NCBI GenBank assembly: GCA_022797295.1
Contig: JAAWKH010000008.1
Span: 1,380-65,379, forward strand
Length of the DNA stretch: 64,000 nucleotides
Reading direction: 5' to 3'
From: Peptococcaceae bacterium
GTDB taxonomy: Bacteria > Bacillota > Dehalobacteriia > UBA4068 > UBA4997
Position numbers and translations under genes: made by a program. The notes below the pieces were generated by a model. The model had not been told where the DNA came from. It was given only the letters and a program-made list of their open reading frames with translations, and ran no database searches. Shown piece after piece: positions 18,515-28,415 of this stretch. The first letter of the stretch is position 1. Every line of letters begins with the position of its first letter.

Positions 18515-19453
18515 ATGCTGAAATTTGCTGACGCACATTGTGATACGATTACCAAGCTGCGGCCGCAGCAGTTGGCGTTGGGCTGCGATACGACGTTGGC
18601 TCATTTGGATTTGCCGCGCTTGCAGGAGGGAACGCAGCTGCAATTTATGGCCTTTTTTTTGCAGCAAGCAGCTCCGACGGAGGCCTGGCGGCTGTTACGA
18701 AAGCATTGGCGAAGCTTGCGGCAGGCGGTTGCTTTGAACGGCGGTGTGGAGATTTTAACTGATTTGCGGCAGGCCGGTTGTTTTCAGCAAACTGAGCGCC
18801 CGCAGCTGTTGCTGGCGGTTGAGGGCCTGGATTTGTTGGCGGAAAATGGGGAGGCTGGCGCGGAGGAATTGTTTCAGTTGGGTTTCCGTAGCCTGGGGTT
18901 GTTTTGGAACAATGATAATTGGCTGGGTTGTGGGGCGGCGGCTCAAGGCGTGGCGGATACTGGGCTGACTTTGGCTGGTCAGGATTTTGTTCGTTATGCT
19001 GAAGAGCGTGGTTTTTTGTTGGATTGGGCTCACGCTTCAGCCGGCAGTTTTTGGCACGGTGCAGCAATTTGTCACAAGCCTCTGTTTGTTAGCCATGCCT
19101 GTTGCGCGGAGCTGTGTTTGCACCGGCGTAATCTGACGGATGAGCAGTTGCGAGCCTTGGGGGAGAGCGGCGGCTGGTTGGGCGTTGCGCTGGCCCCGGC
19201 TTTTTTGCGGCCGGACGGCCGGGCGGAGCTGGCCGACGTGGTGCGGCATATTCAGCATGCCGTGAAGCTGGCCGGGGAGGAAGCTGTGGGGTTGGGTTCT
19301 GATTTTGATGGATTGGATGAGTTGCCGCTGGGCCTTGAGGGAGTGCAGAGCTGGCCGTGTTTGGCGGAGGCTTTGGTTGCCGCCGGCCTGCCGGAAGCAT
19401 TGGTGGCTAAAATTATGGGAGAGAATTTGCTGCGCTTTTTGCGGGAATATTAG
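18515..19453 (+). CDS. Membrane dipeptidase family (peptidase M19)
   Basis: DAHCD, VEG, SHA..HRRNLTD, GLGSDFDG, GENLLR; start at ATG 18515 behind GAGGTG. Confidence 0.88.
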   Translation: MLKFADAHCDTITKLRPQQLALGCDTTLAHLDLPRLQEGTQLQFMAFFLQQAAPTEAWRLLRKHWRSLRQAVALNGGVEILTDLRQAGCFQQTERPQLLLAVEGLDLLAENGEAGAEELFQLGFRSLGLFWNNDNWLGCGAAAQGVADTGLTLAGQDFVRYAEERGFLLDWAHASAGSFWHGAAICHKPLFVSHACCAELCLHRRNLTDEQLRALGESGGWLGVALAPAFLRPDGRAELADVVRHIQHAVKLAGEEAVGLGSDFDGLDELPLGLEGVQSWPCLAEALVAAGLPEALVAKIMGENLLRFLREY

Positions 19454-19497
19454 GAAAGCGTGCACGCAAAAAAATAACCAAATTCGGATATTTAATC

Positions 19498-19526
19498 TTG
19501 ACAAGCGTAAGTAAACGTTGTATAAT
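19498..19526 (+). promoter_or_regulatory. Consensus sigma-A promoter of yceD-rpmF
   Basis: TTGACA (19498-19503), 17 bp, TATAAT (19521-19526). Confidence 0.9.
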
Positions 19527-19533
19527 ATCATTT

Positions 19534-20073
19534 ATGTTGATAAATGTTACAAAAGTAAAAAGCACCGCGCAAAGCTCGGAGCGGTTGAATCTGGCCGAGG
19601 TGGTTGACGCCGCTGCTTACGGCTACCCGGAGTTGGCCCTGCAAGGGCCGGTGCAGTTTGTGGGCCAGGTGGAGAACGCCGCTCCTTTTTTGGAGCTGCA
19701 CGGCCAAGTCACCGGCTGCCTGCGTTTAACCTGCGCCCGCTGTCTGGCTCAATTTGAGCTGACCCTGCAAGCGGAAATTGCCGAGGCTTACACCAACAAG
19801 CCGGAGGCGATGTCGGAAGATGACGAATATGCGGTTAGCTTTTTTGAGGGTGATGAAATTGATATTGCCCCAGCTCTTTTGCAAGCCTTGCTGTTGGAGC
19901 TGCCTATGCAGCCTCTTTGCCGGCCGGATTGCAAGGGCCTTTGCCCGGATTGTGGCGCTGATTTAAATCAGCAGCCTTGCACTTGTAACCACCAGGATAT
20001 TGACATACGTTTTAGCAAGTTGCAAGCCCTTTTGCAGGAAATGCAGGGCCAGCAGCCGGAAAAGGAGGTGTAA
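19534..20073 (+). CDS. yceD: YceD/DUF177 (YlbN) 23S rRNA accumulation protein
   Basis: CARCL, LPMQPLCRPDCKGLCPDCG, DIRFSKL; upstream of rpmF. Confidence 0.9.
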   Translation: MLINVTKVKSTAQSSERLNLAEVVDAAAYGYPELALQGPVQFVGQVENAAPFLELHGQVTGCLRLTCARCLAQFELTLQAEIAEAYTNKPEAMSEDDEYAVSFFEGDEIDIAPALLQALLLELPMQPLCRPDCKGLCPDCGADLNQQPCTCNHQDIDIRFSKLQALLQEMQGQQPEKEV

Positions 20074-20078
20074 AACCA

Positions 20079-20279
20079 ATGGGTGTACCTAAGAATAAAA
20101 CTTCCAAAGCCAACCGCCGCATGAACCGCGCCGGTCGCTATGCTGATTTTACAGCCACCGCAGTTTCCCTGTGCCCACAGTGCCACGCTTTCAAGCTGCC
20201 ACATCACGCTTGCCCGCAGTGCGGCTATTACAAAGGCCGTCCGGTGAAAACTGTTAAAGCTGAGAAAGTGGAAGAATAA
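20079..20279 (+). CDS. rpmF: 50S ribosomal protein L32 (Zn-binding form)
   Basis: MGVPKNKTSK..CPQC..HHACPQCGYYKG. Confidence 0.96.
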   Translation: MGVPKNKTSKANRRMNRAGRYADFTATAVSLCPQCHAFKLPHHACPQCGYYKGRPVKTVKAEKVEE

Positions 20280-20301
20280 AATTTTGAACAGCTCAAACAT
20301 C

Positions 20302-20328
20302 CCCTCAACCTGTGGTTGAGGGTTTTTT
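20302..20328 (+). terminator. Intrinsic terminator after rpmF
   Basis: CCCTCAACC-TGT-GGTTGAGGG-TTTTTT. Confidence 0.85.
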
Positions 20329-20330
20329 GT

Positions 20331-20367
20331 GTGAACACTTAGCGATTGTCAAGTCCACTTTAGTGGA
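20331..20367. repeat. Partial copy of a dispersed palindromic (REP/MITE-like) element
   Basis: GTGAACACTTAGCGATTGTCAAGTCCACTTTAGTGGA is 34/37 identical to 31348-31384. Confidence 0.85.
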
Positions 20368-20519
20368 AATCTTAAAACTGCCGTTTTTTGACGAAAAAAA
20401 ATTGCCGGATTAAGTGCATAACTGATTGCAAGGCGTTGTAATGTGGAAAAAATTGTGGTAAAATAATTTAGATAAGGATTGTTTATTAATTGCACGAAGT
20501 TGCTTACACGGAGGTTAAA

Positions 20520-21497
20520 ATGCTCAACTCATTTTTGGAAAAGCATAGATATACCCTGCTAGGGGCCGTTTTGATTGTACTGATTTTGGCTTTCTTCTGT
20601 TTTGTGGATGTGCCTTACACGATTTATGGTGTTTCAGTTGATTCTCAGATGGCCGAGCCGGATGTTTTGCCGGTGCCGGAATATCAAGCCGGCAGCGACC
20701 ACGGCGCGGTGGTTTTGATGTATCATCATTTGGTGACGGACGCGGAGATGGCCAGTGGTAAATATGCAGATAATAATGCGATTATTTCCGTGAGCCAGTT
20801 TGCGGAGGAAATGCGCTATTTGGCGGAAAATGGTTATCACACCTTCAAAATGTCGGAAGTGGCTTCCATATTATATAATTCGCTTTCTTTTCCTGAAAAA
20901 TCCGTGATAATCACCTTTGATGACGGCTATGCCAGCAATTATACGCTTGCTTATCCAATCTTGCAGGATTATAATTTAAAGGCGACTATTGCTGTGGTGG
21001 TGCTGTCCTCTATGGTTGCTTCAGACGACGGCGGCCTGACGTCTCAGAATATTCCGCACCTGAGTTTTGACCAGATGCGGGAAATGCAGCAATCTGGCCT
21101 GGTGGAAATTGGTAGCCATAGCTACGACGGACACGGAATGATTAAATCCAGCCAAAGTGGCGATTTGGGGCGTTTTTTCATTGACCGTAAATATCTGACT
21201 GACGAGGGACGCCGGGAAACCGACGCGGAATATCGGGACAGAATTAATCAGGATTTGCGTTTGTCTAAATATGTTCTGGAATCAGAGCTCAACACAGTGG
21301 TTAATTATTTTGCTTATCCTTATGGCGTGACTAATGGCGGCAGTTACGACGCTTTGGCCAGAAATGGCTTTTTGGTGGCGGTGACCACCGCCAAAGGCAC
21401 GATAAACAGCCGTAGCGACGCTTTGAAGTTGAATCGGCGCAATGTGGACCAGGGTATTAGTCTGACTGAGTTTGCTCGATTGCTGGAAGTAAAATAG
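20520..21497 (+). CDS. Membrane-anchored polysaccharide deacetylase (CE4, IcaB/PgaB-like)
   Basis: N-terminal TM helix, VLMYHH, ITFDDGY, GSHSYDGH, FAYPYG; start at ATG 20520 behind GGAGG. Confidence 0.88.
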   Translation: MLNSFLEKHRYTLLGAVLIVLILAFFCFVDVPYTIYGVSVDSQMAEPDVLPVPEYQAGSDHGAVVLMYHHLVTDAEMASGKYADNNAIISVSQFAEEMRYLAENGYHTFKMSEVASILYNSLSFPEKSVIITFDDGYASNYTLAYPILQDYNLKATIAVVVLSSMVASDDGGLTSQNIPHLSFDQMREMQQSGLVEIGSHSYDGHGMIKSSQSGDLGRFFIDRKYLTDEGRRETDAEYRDRINQDLRLSKYVLESELNTVVNYFAYPYGVTNGGSYDALARNGFLVAVTTAKGTINSRSDALKLNRRNVDQGISLTEFARLLEVK

Positions 21498-21535
21498 ATT
21501 TTTGGTTAGGTATTTTTATTTTTGGAGGCGGAATT

Positions 21536-22528
21536 TTGAGCGTGAGAATTGCTATTGACGCTATGGGCGGCGATTTGGCCCCTAAGGCTTTGGTGGAGGG
21601 GGCTATTAAGGCGGCCACCGCTGACCAGGAAGTTCAGATTATTTTGGTAGGGCAGCCTGATAAGCTGCCTCAGGAACAGGCTTTGCCAGCCAACGTGACG
21701 GTTGAAGAGGCTGCTACAGTGATGGCGATGGATGAATCGGTGGAGAATTTGCGTAAAAAACGCGATAGCTCCATTTGGGTGGCTACTAAAATGGTGAAAG
21801 AGGGTCGGGCTGACGCGGTGATTTCCGCTGGCAGCACCGGCGCTCAGATGGCCTCCGCCTTGCTGCTTTTGGGCCGGATTCCCGGCATTACTAGGCCGGG
21901 AATCTGCACGATTTTTCCATCCTTAAAAGGCGGTTCTATCCTGCTGGATATTGGCGCCAATTTGGAGCTGGATGTTGAGCAGTATCTGCAATTTGCGGTG
22001 CTGGGTCAGGTTGCGGCGCAGGCTTTGTTGCAGGTGGAAAATCCAACTATTGCTTTGCTGAACAATGGTACCGAAGAACATAAGGGTACAGATAAGCTGG
22101 TGGAGGCGCATCAGTTGTTGAAAAAATCCGGCCTTAATTTTGTTGGCAATTTTGAGGCGCGGGATTTGATGTCTGGCAATGTGGATGTGATTGTGACGGA
22201 TGGTTTCACTGGTAATGCGGTGCTGAAAACCTCCGAGGGTTTGGCCAAAACGTTTGTCGGGGTGCTGAAGCAGGAGCTTTCGGCCACGCCGGTGCGGCGG
22301 TTTGGGGCGGCTTTGGTGATGCCGGGGCTGAAAAAATTGAAGCAGATGTTGGATTATAAAAAGGTTGGCGGCGCGCCTTTGCTGGGCGTGGGTGGTTTGA
22401 GCGTGGTTTGCCACGGCAGCTCTGATGCTGTGACGATTGAGGCTGCGGTGAAGCAAACGGTGAATTTGCATAAAAGTGATTTTATTCCAGCTATGAAGGA
22501 ACGAGCGGCCAGTTTTTTTGTCAAATAA
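21536..22528 (+). CDS. plsX: Phosphate acyltransferase PlsX
   Basis: IAIDAMGGD, SAGSTGA, LDIGAN, DGFTGN, GGAPLLG, HGSS. Confidence 0.96.
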   Translation: MSVRIAIDAMGGDLAPKALVEGAIKAATADQEVQIILVGQPDKLPQEQALPANVTVEEAATVMAMDESVENLRKKRDSSIWVATKMVKEGRADAVISAGSTGAQMASALLLLGRIPGITRPGICTIFPSLKGGSILLDIGANLELDVEQYLQFAVLGQVAAQALLQVENPTIALLNNGTEEHKGTDKLVEAHQLLKKSGLNFVGNFEARDLMSGNVDVIVTDGFTGNAVLKTSEGLAKTFVGVLKQELSATPVRRFGAALVMPGLKKLKQMLDYKKVGGAPLLGVGGLSVVCHGSSDAVTIEAAVKQTVNLHKSDFIPAMKERAASFFVK

Positions 22529-22567
22529 TAAAGCGAAAGTAGATTGATTTAACGGGAGGTTGGCTAG

Positions 22568-22795
22568 ATGAATACGATTGAAACCTTACAGCAAGCGATT
22601 AAAAAGGAATTGGGCCGTGATTTGGGCACATTGACCAAGGATACCAGCTTTGAGGAGCTAGCTTTAGATTCCTTGGATGTGGTGCAGATGGTTATGGCTA
22701 TTGAAGAAGCTTTTGATATTGAAATTGATGATGATGATGTGGAAAATCTGAAAACGGTTGGGCAACTTTTGGATTATATTGAGGCCAGAAAATAA
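22568..22795 (+). CDS. acpP: Acyl carrier protein
   Basis: LDSLDVVQMVMAIEEAFDIEI phosphopantetheine site. Confidence 0.93.
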   Translation: MNTIETLQQAIKKELGRDLGTLTKDTSFEELALDSLDVVQMVMAIEEAFDIEIDDDDVENLKTVGQLLDYIEARK

Positions 22796-22873
22796 ATTGC
22801 TGGCAAGAGGGAAATACTATTTAAAAGTTAAAGCAGTTTAAGAAATATTTTGTATTAAAATTGGAGATTTGTT

Positions 22874-23611
22874 TTGAATACTGTTGATGTAAACAAAAGC
22901 AGAAGAGAACGCCTTGGTGAATTGGCGGAAAAATTGAACTGGCAGGGGGATATGCAGCTGTTACAGCAGGCGTTGACGCATCCCACTTACTTTGAGGGGC
23001 AAAAATCGCCGGGTGATGAGGATAACCAGCGGTTGGAATTTTTGGGAGATTCCATTTTGGGCTTTGTGGTGGCGCGGGAGCTTTTCAAGCGCAATCCGGC
23101 CGCCGATGAGGGCTATCTGAGCAAAACGCGGGCGGCTCTGGTTTGCGAGGGTTCCTTGGCGGATTTGGCGCGTGAATTGGGGCTTGGCGACTATATTATT
23201 ATGGGCAAAGGCAGCTTGAAAAACGGAGAACAAAATCGCAATTCTATTTTGGCGGACGCCTTTGAAGCCGTGGTTGGCGCGATGTATCTGGCGCAGGGGC
23301 AGGAAAAGGTGGAGGCCTTTTTGCTGGCTCGCTTTACCACGGAGCTGGAGGAAAAAGTGGGCGATCGCTATGAGGATTACAAGGGCCTAATGCAAATGCT
23401 GGTGCAGACGCTCTCGGAGCGGCATATCACTTACCAGCTGCTTTCTGCGGTTGGCCCCTCGCACCAGCGCACTTTTACGGTGGCTTTGGTGTACTGTGGG
23501 GAAACGCTGGCTTCTGCTTCCGGCCCCAGCAAAAAGGAGGCCGAGCAAAAAGCGGCTCGGCTGGCCTGGCAGCGCAAGGATGAATGGGTGGCCCGGCTGG
23601 CTAATGGTTAA
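22874..23611 (+). CDS. rnc: Ribonuclease III
   Basis: ALTH, NQRLEFLGDS, ADAFEAVVGA, dsRBD with SKKEAEQKAA. Confidence 0.96.
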   Translation: MNTVDVNKSRRERLGELAEKLNWQGDMQLLQQALTHPTYFEGQKSPGDEDNQRLEFLGDSILGFVVARELFKRNPAADEGYLSKTRAALVCEGSLADLARELGLGDYIIMGKGSLKNGEQNRNSILADAFEAVVGAMYLAQGQEKVEAFLLARFTTELEEKVGDRYEDYKGLMQMLVQTLSERHITYQLLSAVGPSHQRTFTVALVYCGETLASASGPSKKEAEQKAARLAWQRKDEWVARLANG

Positions 23612-23657
23612 GCCGAAACGGAAGATAGCAAAAATAATTTGATAAGAGGGGTGGAAT

Positions 23658-24734
23658 ATGGCGCAGGCAAAAAAGCATATTCTACCTTTTTTTATTCCTC
23701 ATTTGGGTTGCCCGCAGCAGTGTATTTTCTGTGACCAGCATAAAATTGCCGGGCAGGCGGCTCCCACAGCGGAGACGGTTTGGCAGGCTATTTTGGCATT
23801 GCCGGCGGCGCAGCGTCAGGATTATGAGCTGGCTTTTTACGGCGGCAGCTTTACGGCATTGCCGGTGGAACGGCAAGAATATTATCTGGAGCCGGTGCGT
23901 CAGGCATTGACGGCCGGCCTTTTGGGCGCTGCTCGCATTTCCACCCGGCCGGATTGTTTGGACGAGGTGGTTTTGGCTCGGCTACGTCACTTTGGCGTGG
24001 GCACGGTGGAGCTTGGCGTGCAATCTATGGATGATGAAGTGCTGAGGCGGGCCAGGCGCGGTCACACTGCGCAGCAGTCCTTGGCGGCGGTGCGTCGGTT
24101 GCAGCGGGCTGGTTTTGTGGTTGGCGTGCAGCTGATGCCGGGTCTGCCGGGGGAAACGCTGGCTTCTGCCTGGGCTGGAGCACAGCGGGTTTTGGCGGAG
24201 CAGCCGCAGCTTTTGCGCATTTACCCCACTGTGGTGTTGCAAGGCACGGCTTTGGGGCGGCTTTGGCAGCAGGGAGAATACCAACCTTTGAGCTTGGAGC
24301 AGGCGGCCCAAATTACGCTGGCCATTAAGCTGCTGGCGGAGGAACAGGGGACGGCTGTTATTCGGATGGGATTGCAGCCTAGCCCCGATTTGGCGGCGGC
24401 TGTGCTGGCCGGGCCTTATCATCCAGCTTTTGGCGAGATGGTGCAAGGGTTGTTTTGGCGTTTTCGGGTGCTGGCGGCTTTGCGCGAAATGCCCCAGGCG
24501 GCTGTTTTGCTGGTTGGGCGACGGCATTTTTCCGCTGTGGTGGGGCAAAAGCGGCAAAATTGGCCGTATTATGCGGAAATTGCGCCTCGGTTGCGTTTGC
24601 GGGAGTTGCCGCCGGAGCGCGCGCTACCGGAGGATACCTTGCTTTTACAGGCTGGCGAGGCCGAATTTTGCCAGACGGAGGCGGATTTTCGGCAAGCCTG
24701 GCGGCGGCTGTGTAACTTGCCTTTTCTGGGCTGA
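23658..24734 (+). CDS. Radical SAM protein, Elp3/MiaB/NifB-like
   Basis: FIPHLGCPQQCIFC, FYGGSFT, STRPD, ELGVQS, RIYPT, GPYHPAFG. Confidence 0.88.
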   Translation: MAQAKKHILPFFIPHLGCPQQCIFCDQHKIAGQAAPTAETVWQAILALPAAQRQDYELAFYGGSFTALPVERQEYYLEPVRQALTAGLLGAARISTRPDCLDEVVLARLRHFGVGTVELGVQSMDDEVLRRARRGHTAQQSLAAVRRLQRAGFVVGVQLMPGLPGETLASAWAGAQRVLAEQPQLLRIYPTVVLQGTALGRLWQQGEYQPLSLEQAAQITLAIKLLAEEQGTAVIRMGLQPSPDLAAAVLAGPYHPAFGEMVQGLFWRFRVLAALREMPQAAVLLVGRRHFSAVVGQKRQNWPYYAEIAPRLRLRELPPERALPEDTLLLQAGEAEFCQTEADFRQAWRRLCNLPFLG

Positions 24735-24797
24735 TATGATATAATATAATAATTAAATATTATAAGTAAAAACACAAATTCTTATGGAGTTTAATGA

Positions 24798-27700
24798 ATG
24801 TACTTAAAAAGTATTGAATTAGCTGGTTTTAAATCCTTTACCGATCGCACGATTATTAAGTTGGAGGATGGGATTTCCTGTATTGTGGGGCCTAACGGCA
24901 GCGGCAAATCCAATATTGCCGACGCGGTGCGCTGGGTGTTGGGCGAGCAAAGCGCGCGGATTTTGCGCGGGCACAAGATGGAGGATGTTATCTTTGCCGG
25001 CTCCGACAAGCGCAAGCCTTTGGGTATGGCGGAGGTTATTCTGCATATTGACAATTCCGACGGTTCCCTGCCGGTGGAGTTCTCTGAGGTGGACGTTTGC
25101 CGCCGCGCTTATCGTGACGGTGATTCGGAATATTTGCTAAACGGCCGCCAGTGCCGGTTGAGCGATATTCGGGAAATGTTTATGGATAGCGGTATCAGCA
25201 ACAACTCGCTGGCGTTGATTGGTCAGGGGCGTATTCAGGAGGTTGTAAATATGAAGCCGGAGGAGCGTCGTCTGCTTTTGGAGGACGCCGCCGGCATTGT
25301 TAAATATCGCACGCGAAAGCAAACCGCCCAGCGCAAATTGGCGGACACCGAGCAGAATTTGACTCGTATTTGGGATATTATCAGCGAGCTTTCAGCCCGC
25401 CTGGCCCCGTTGGCTGAGCAAAGCAGCCGGGCGGAAACTTTTTTGCAGCTGAAAACCAGCGCCGACCAGCAGGAGATTAATTTGCTTTTGCAGGAGATGT
25501 TGGAAAATCGCCAGCTTTTACGACAGAACAGCCAAGCCTTGCAGGAGAAGCGGGACAAGGCTGCGGTGGTGGAAACTGGCCGTTTGGAGGCGGAGGCGGC
25601 GCTGGCGGAGGCGCGTTTGAATTATGACCGAGCTGAGGAGCAGATTGCGATGGCCCGGCAGCAGCTTTTTGATTTGAAAACCGGCCGGGAGCAGGCCGAA
25701 GCGCAGGCGGCCTTGTGGCAGGAAAAGGCGGCTGCGGCGGAGGCGAACATCAGCCGCTTGCAGGCGGAGCTGAGCAGCCTTTTGCAGCAGGACAGCGGCT
25801 TTGTGGCTGAGGTGGAGCGTTTGCAGCAGCGGCAAACGGCGGCTGGGCAGGAGCTTCAGGCGGCCGAAGCGGAAATTGGCGAGCGTGAGGCGGCTTTTGC
25901 GGCCAAACGTGAAGCGGTGGCTGACTTGCAGGCAGAGCAGGAGATAGCTCAGCAGGATATTTTGGCGAACACGGAGCAGTTGGCTAACCTAAATAATGAG
26001 TTAACCTTTTTGCAAAAAACTCTGGCGGAGGCGGAGCAAGGCCTGACGGCGGCTGACCAGAATATGGCGGCTTTGCGTCAGGAGGAGCAGGCTGGCGCGG
26101 CCAAGGCGGAGGTTATGCAGCAGGAATTGGCTGCTTTGCAACAGCGGCGAGAGGCCAACAAAACGGCTTTGCAAGAGCTGGCCGGGCGGCTTAATCGGCA
26201 GGAAGCGGAGCTGGTGCAGGCTAACGAGGCCAACGTATCGGTTCGGATGCAGTTAAACAGCGAGGAATCTCGCTTGAAGATATTGTCGGAAATGGCGGAG
26301 AACAAGAGCGGCTTTTATCCTGGTGTGCGCTCGATTTTGCGGGCTAAGGAGCAAGGGAAGTTGCCGACGGACGGCGTTTTGGGCGTGCTGCTGGATTTAA
26401 TAGAGTCCGACGTGCGCTACAGCCAGGCTTTGGAAGCGGCGGTGGGCGCTGGCCTGCAAAATCTGGTGGTGCGCGACGACCAGGCAGCCCGCGCCTGTGT
26501 GGCTTATCTGAAACAGGAAAAACTGGGCCGGGCCACCTTTTTGCCGTTAGCCTCATTGCGTTGGCGGCCCAACGGGGAGATTGAGCAGGCTTTGGGGCGG
26601 CCGGGGGTTATCGGCCGTTGCTCGCAGGTTATCAACTGTGCGGAGCCGGTGCGCCCGGCGGTGGAATTTCTGTTTGCTAATACGTTGCTGGTGGAAAATT
26701 TGGATGTGGCCACTCAGGTGGCCAGGCAGCACCGGCAGCAGTTCAAAATTGTCACCTTGGCCGGGGATATAATTTCCCCCGGCGGTTCAATTACCGGCGG
26801 CAGCCGGCAAAAGAACAGCGGCGATCTTTTGCAGAAGAAAAATCAGTTGGCCCAACTTCAGCATAGCGTGCAAAAGCTGCGGCAGCAGGGCGAAGCCGGG
26901 CGGCAGCGTTTGGTTGAGCTGGAGCAGCAGCGGGCTGACCTGGACGCTGAGCGGGCGGAGTTGGCCGCGGCTGACCGGGAGCTGGAGCTGCAATATTTGG
27001 GTAAGGTTAAGGATATAACACATCTGCGGGACAATTTGGCGGACAAGCAGGAGCAGTTGGCTCAAATGGAGCGCGACCAGGCGGCGGCGCAACAGGAGCA
27101 GGCGCGTCTGCAACGGCGGCGGCAGGAGTTGGCGGCTGATTTGGCCGATTGGGACGCGGGCAGCCAGCGGGCCAATGAGCAGTTGGAGCAGCTGCGCCAA
27201 CGCTGGCAGGTGGAAAACGAAGAGCTGGAGGTGCAACGGCAAGCTTTGGAGCAAAGCCGTTTGCAGGCCTTGGAAAAGCGACAGGCTTATCAAAGCCTGG
27301 ATAATGAGGTGCAACGTCTGACGGCGGAAAAGGGCAGCTTGTTTGAGCAAAAGGAGCAAAAGGAACAGGCGGCGGCTCAATATCAGCAGCAGCTGGCGGA
27401 GCAGCGGCAGGCTTGGCAGGATAAACTAGCCGAGGCGCAAAGCTTGGCTGGACAAATTGCTGAAGCCGAGGAACAGCTGGCCCAGGCGACTGATAAAAAC
27501 GGTCTTTTGAAGCAGCAGATTGAGGCTGGGGAGCGGCAGACAGCGGCTTTGAGCCGGGACGGCGGCGTTTTGCAGCAGGAAATTCATCAGCTGGAGGTTA
27601 AGGAGGCGCGTTTGCAAACGGAGGACGCAGCCGGCGTGCAAAAGCTGGCCGAGGGATTTGAGCTGACCTTTGAGCAGGCTTTGCCGCAGCTGGATGAAAG

Positions 27701-28376
27701 CATGAGCCGGCCTCAGCTGGTGCAAAATCTGAAGCTGTTGAAAAAGCAGCTGGCGGCTTTGGGTAATGTTAATTTGGATGCGATTGAGGAATATCGCCAG
27801 GTGCGGGAGCGGTATGAATTTTTGTCTGCGCAACGGGAGGATTTGCTGGAGGCGCATAACTCCTTGCTTAACGTAATCAAGGAGATGGAGGAGATTATGA
27901 CCCAGCGTTTCCGCGCCACCTTTGAGCAGGTTAACCTGAACTTTGGCCAAACGTTTGTGCAGCTTTTCGGCGGCGGTTCGGCGGCCTTGTTTTTGACGGA
28001 GCCGGACGATTTGCTGACCAGCGGCGTGGATTTGCTGGTGCAGCCGCCGGGCAAAAAGCTGATAAATTATAATTTGCTTTCCGGCGGGGAAAAATCGTTG
28101 ATTGGCGTGGCTTTGGTGCTGGCGATTTTTCAGGTGAAGCCCAGCCCTTTCTGTATTCTGGACGAGGTGGACGCTGCTTTGGACGAGGCCAATGTGGACC
28201 GTTTTGCGGAATATATCAAAATGTTTAAGTTGAAAACCCAGTTTATTGTGGTGACGCACCGGCAGGGCACTATGGAGGCGGCCGACCGGCTTTGGGGCGT
28301 TACGATGGAAAAGGATGGGGTTTCTAAAATGGTTTCCGTGCGGCTGACGGATGATTTGCAACAATATGTTTCCTAA
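24798..28376 (+). CDS. smc: Chromosome segregation protein SMC
   Basis: Walker A GPNGSGKS, long coiled coils, hinge GRATFLPL, LSGGEK, LDEVDAALD. Confidence 0.98.
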   Translation: MYLKSIELAGFKSFTDRTIIKLEDGISCIVGPNGSGKSNIADAVRWVLGEQSARILRGHKMEDVIFAGSDKRKPLGMAEVILHIDNSDGSLPVEFSEVDVCRRAYRDGDSEYLLNGRQCRLSDIREMFMDSGISNNSLALIGQGRIQEVVNMKPEERRLLLEDAAGIVKYRTRKQTAQRKLADTEQNLTRIWDIISELSARLAPLAEQSSRAETFLQLKTSADQQEINLLLQEMLENRQLLRQNSQALQEKRDKAAVVETGRLEAEAALAEARLNYDRAEEQIAMARQQLFDLKTGREQAEAQAALWQEKAAAAEANISRLQAELSSLLQQDSGFVAEVERLQQRQTAAGQELQAAEAEIGEREAAFAAKREAVADLQAEQEIAQQDILANTEQLANLNNELTFLQKTLAEAEQGLTAADQNMAALRQEEQAGAAKAEVMQQELAALQQRREANKTALQELAGRLNRQEAELVQANEANVSVRMQLNSEESRLKILSEMAENKSGFYPGVRSILRAKEQGKLPTDGVLGVLLDLIESDVRYSQALEAAVGAGLQNLVVRDDQAARACVAYLKQEKLGRATFLPLASLRWRPNGEIEQALGRPGVIGRCSQVINCAEPVRPAVEFLFANTLLVENLDVATQVARQHRQQFKIVTLAGDIISPGGSITGGSRQKNSGDLLQKKNQLAQLQHSVQKLRQQGEAGRQRLVELEQQRADLDAERAELAAADRELELQYLGKVKDITHLRDNLADKQEQLAQMERDQAAAQQEQARLQRRRQELAADLADWDAGSQRANEQLEQLRQRWQVENEELEVQRQALEQSRLQALEKRQAYQSLDNEVQRLTAEKGSLFEQKEQKEQAAAQYQQQLAEQRQAWQDKLAEAQSLAGQIAEAEEQLAQATDKNGLLKQQIEAGERQTAALSRDGGVLQQEIHQLEVKEARLQTEDAAGVQKLAEGFELTFEQALPQLDESMSRPQLVQNLKLLKKQLAALGNVNLDAIEEYRQVRERYEFLSAQREDLLEAHNSLLNVIKEMEEIMTQRFRATFEQVNLNFGQTFVQLFGGGSAALFLTEPDDLLTSGVDLLVQPPGKKLINYNLLSGGEKSLIGVALVLAIFQVKPSPFCILDEVDAALDEANVDRFAEYIKMFKLKTQFIVVTHRQGTMEAADRLWGVTMEKDGVSKMVSVRLTDDLQQYVS

Positions 28377-28415
28377 TTAATTTAATTTGGAGTTTTAAAA
28401 TAGGAGGTTTGGCTG

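Noticed and set aside
25500-27700. Quasi-repetitive CAG/GAG/GCG-rich DNA
   Set aside because: Explained by the SMC coiled coils.
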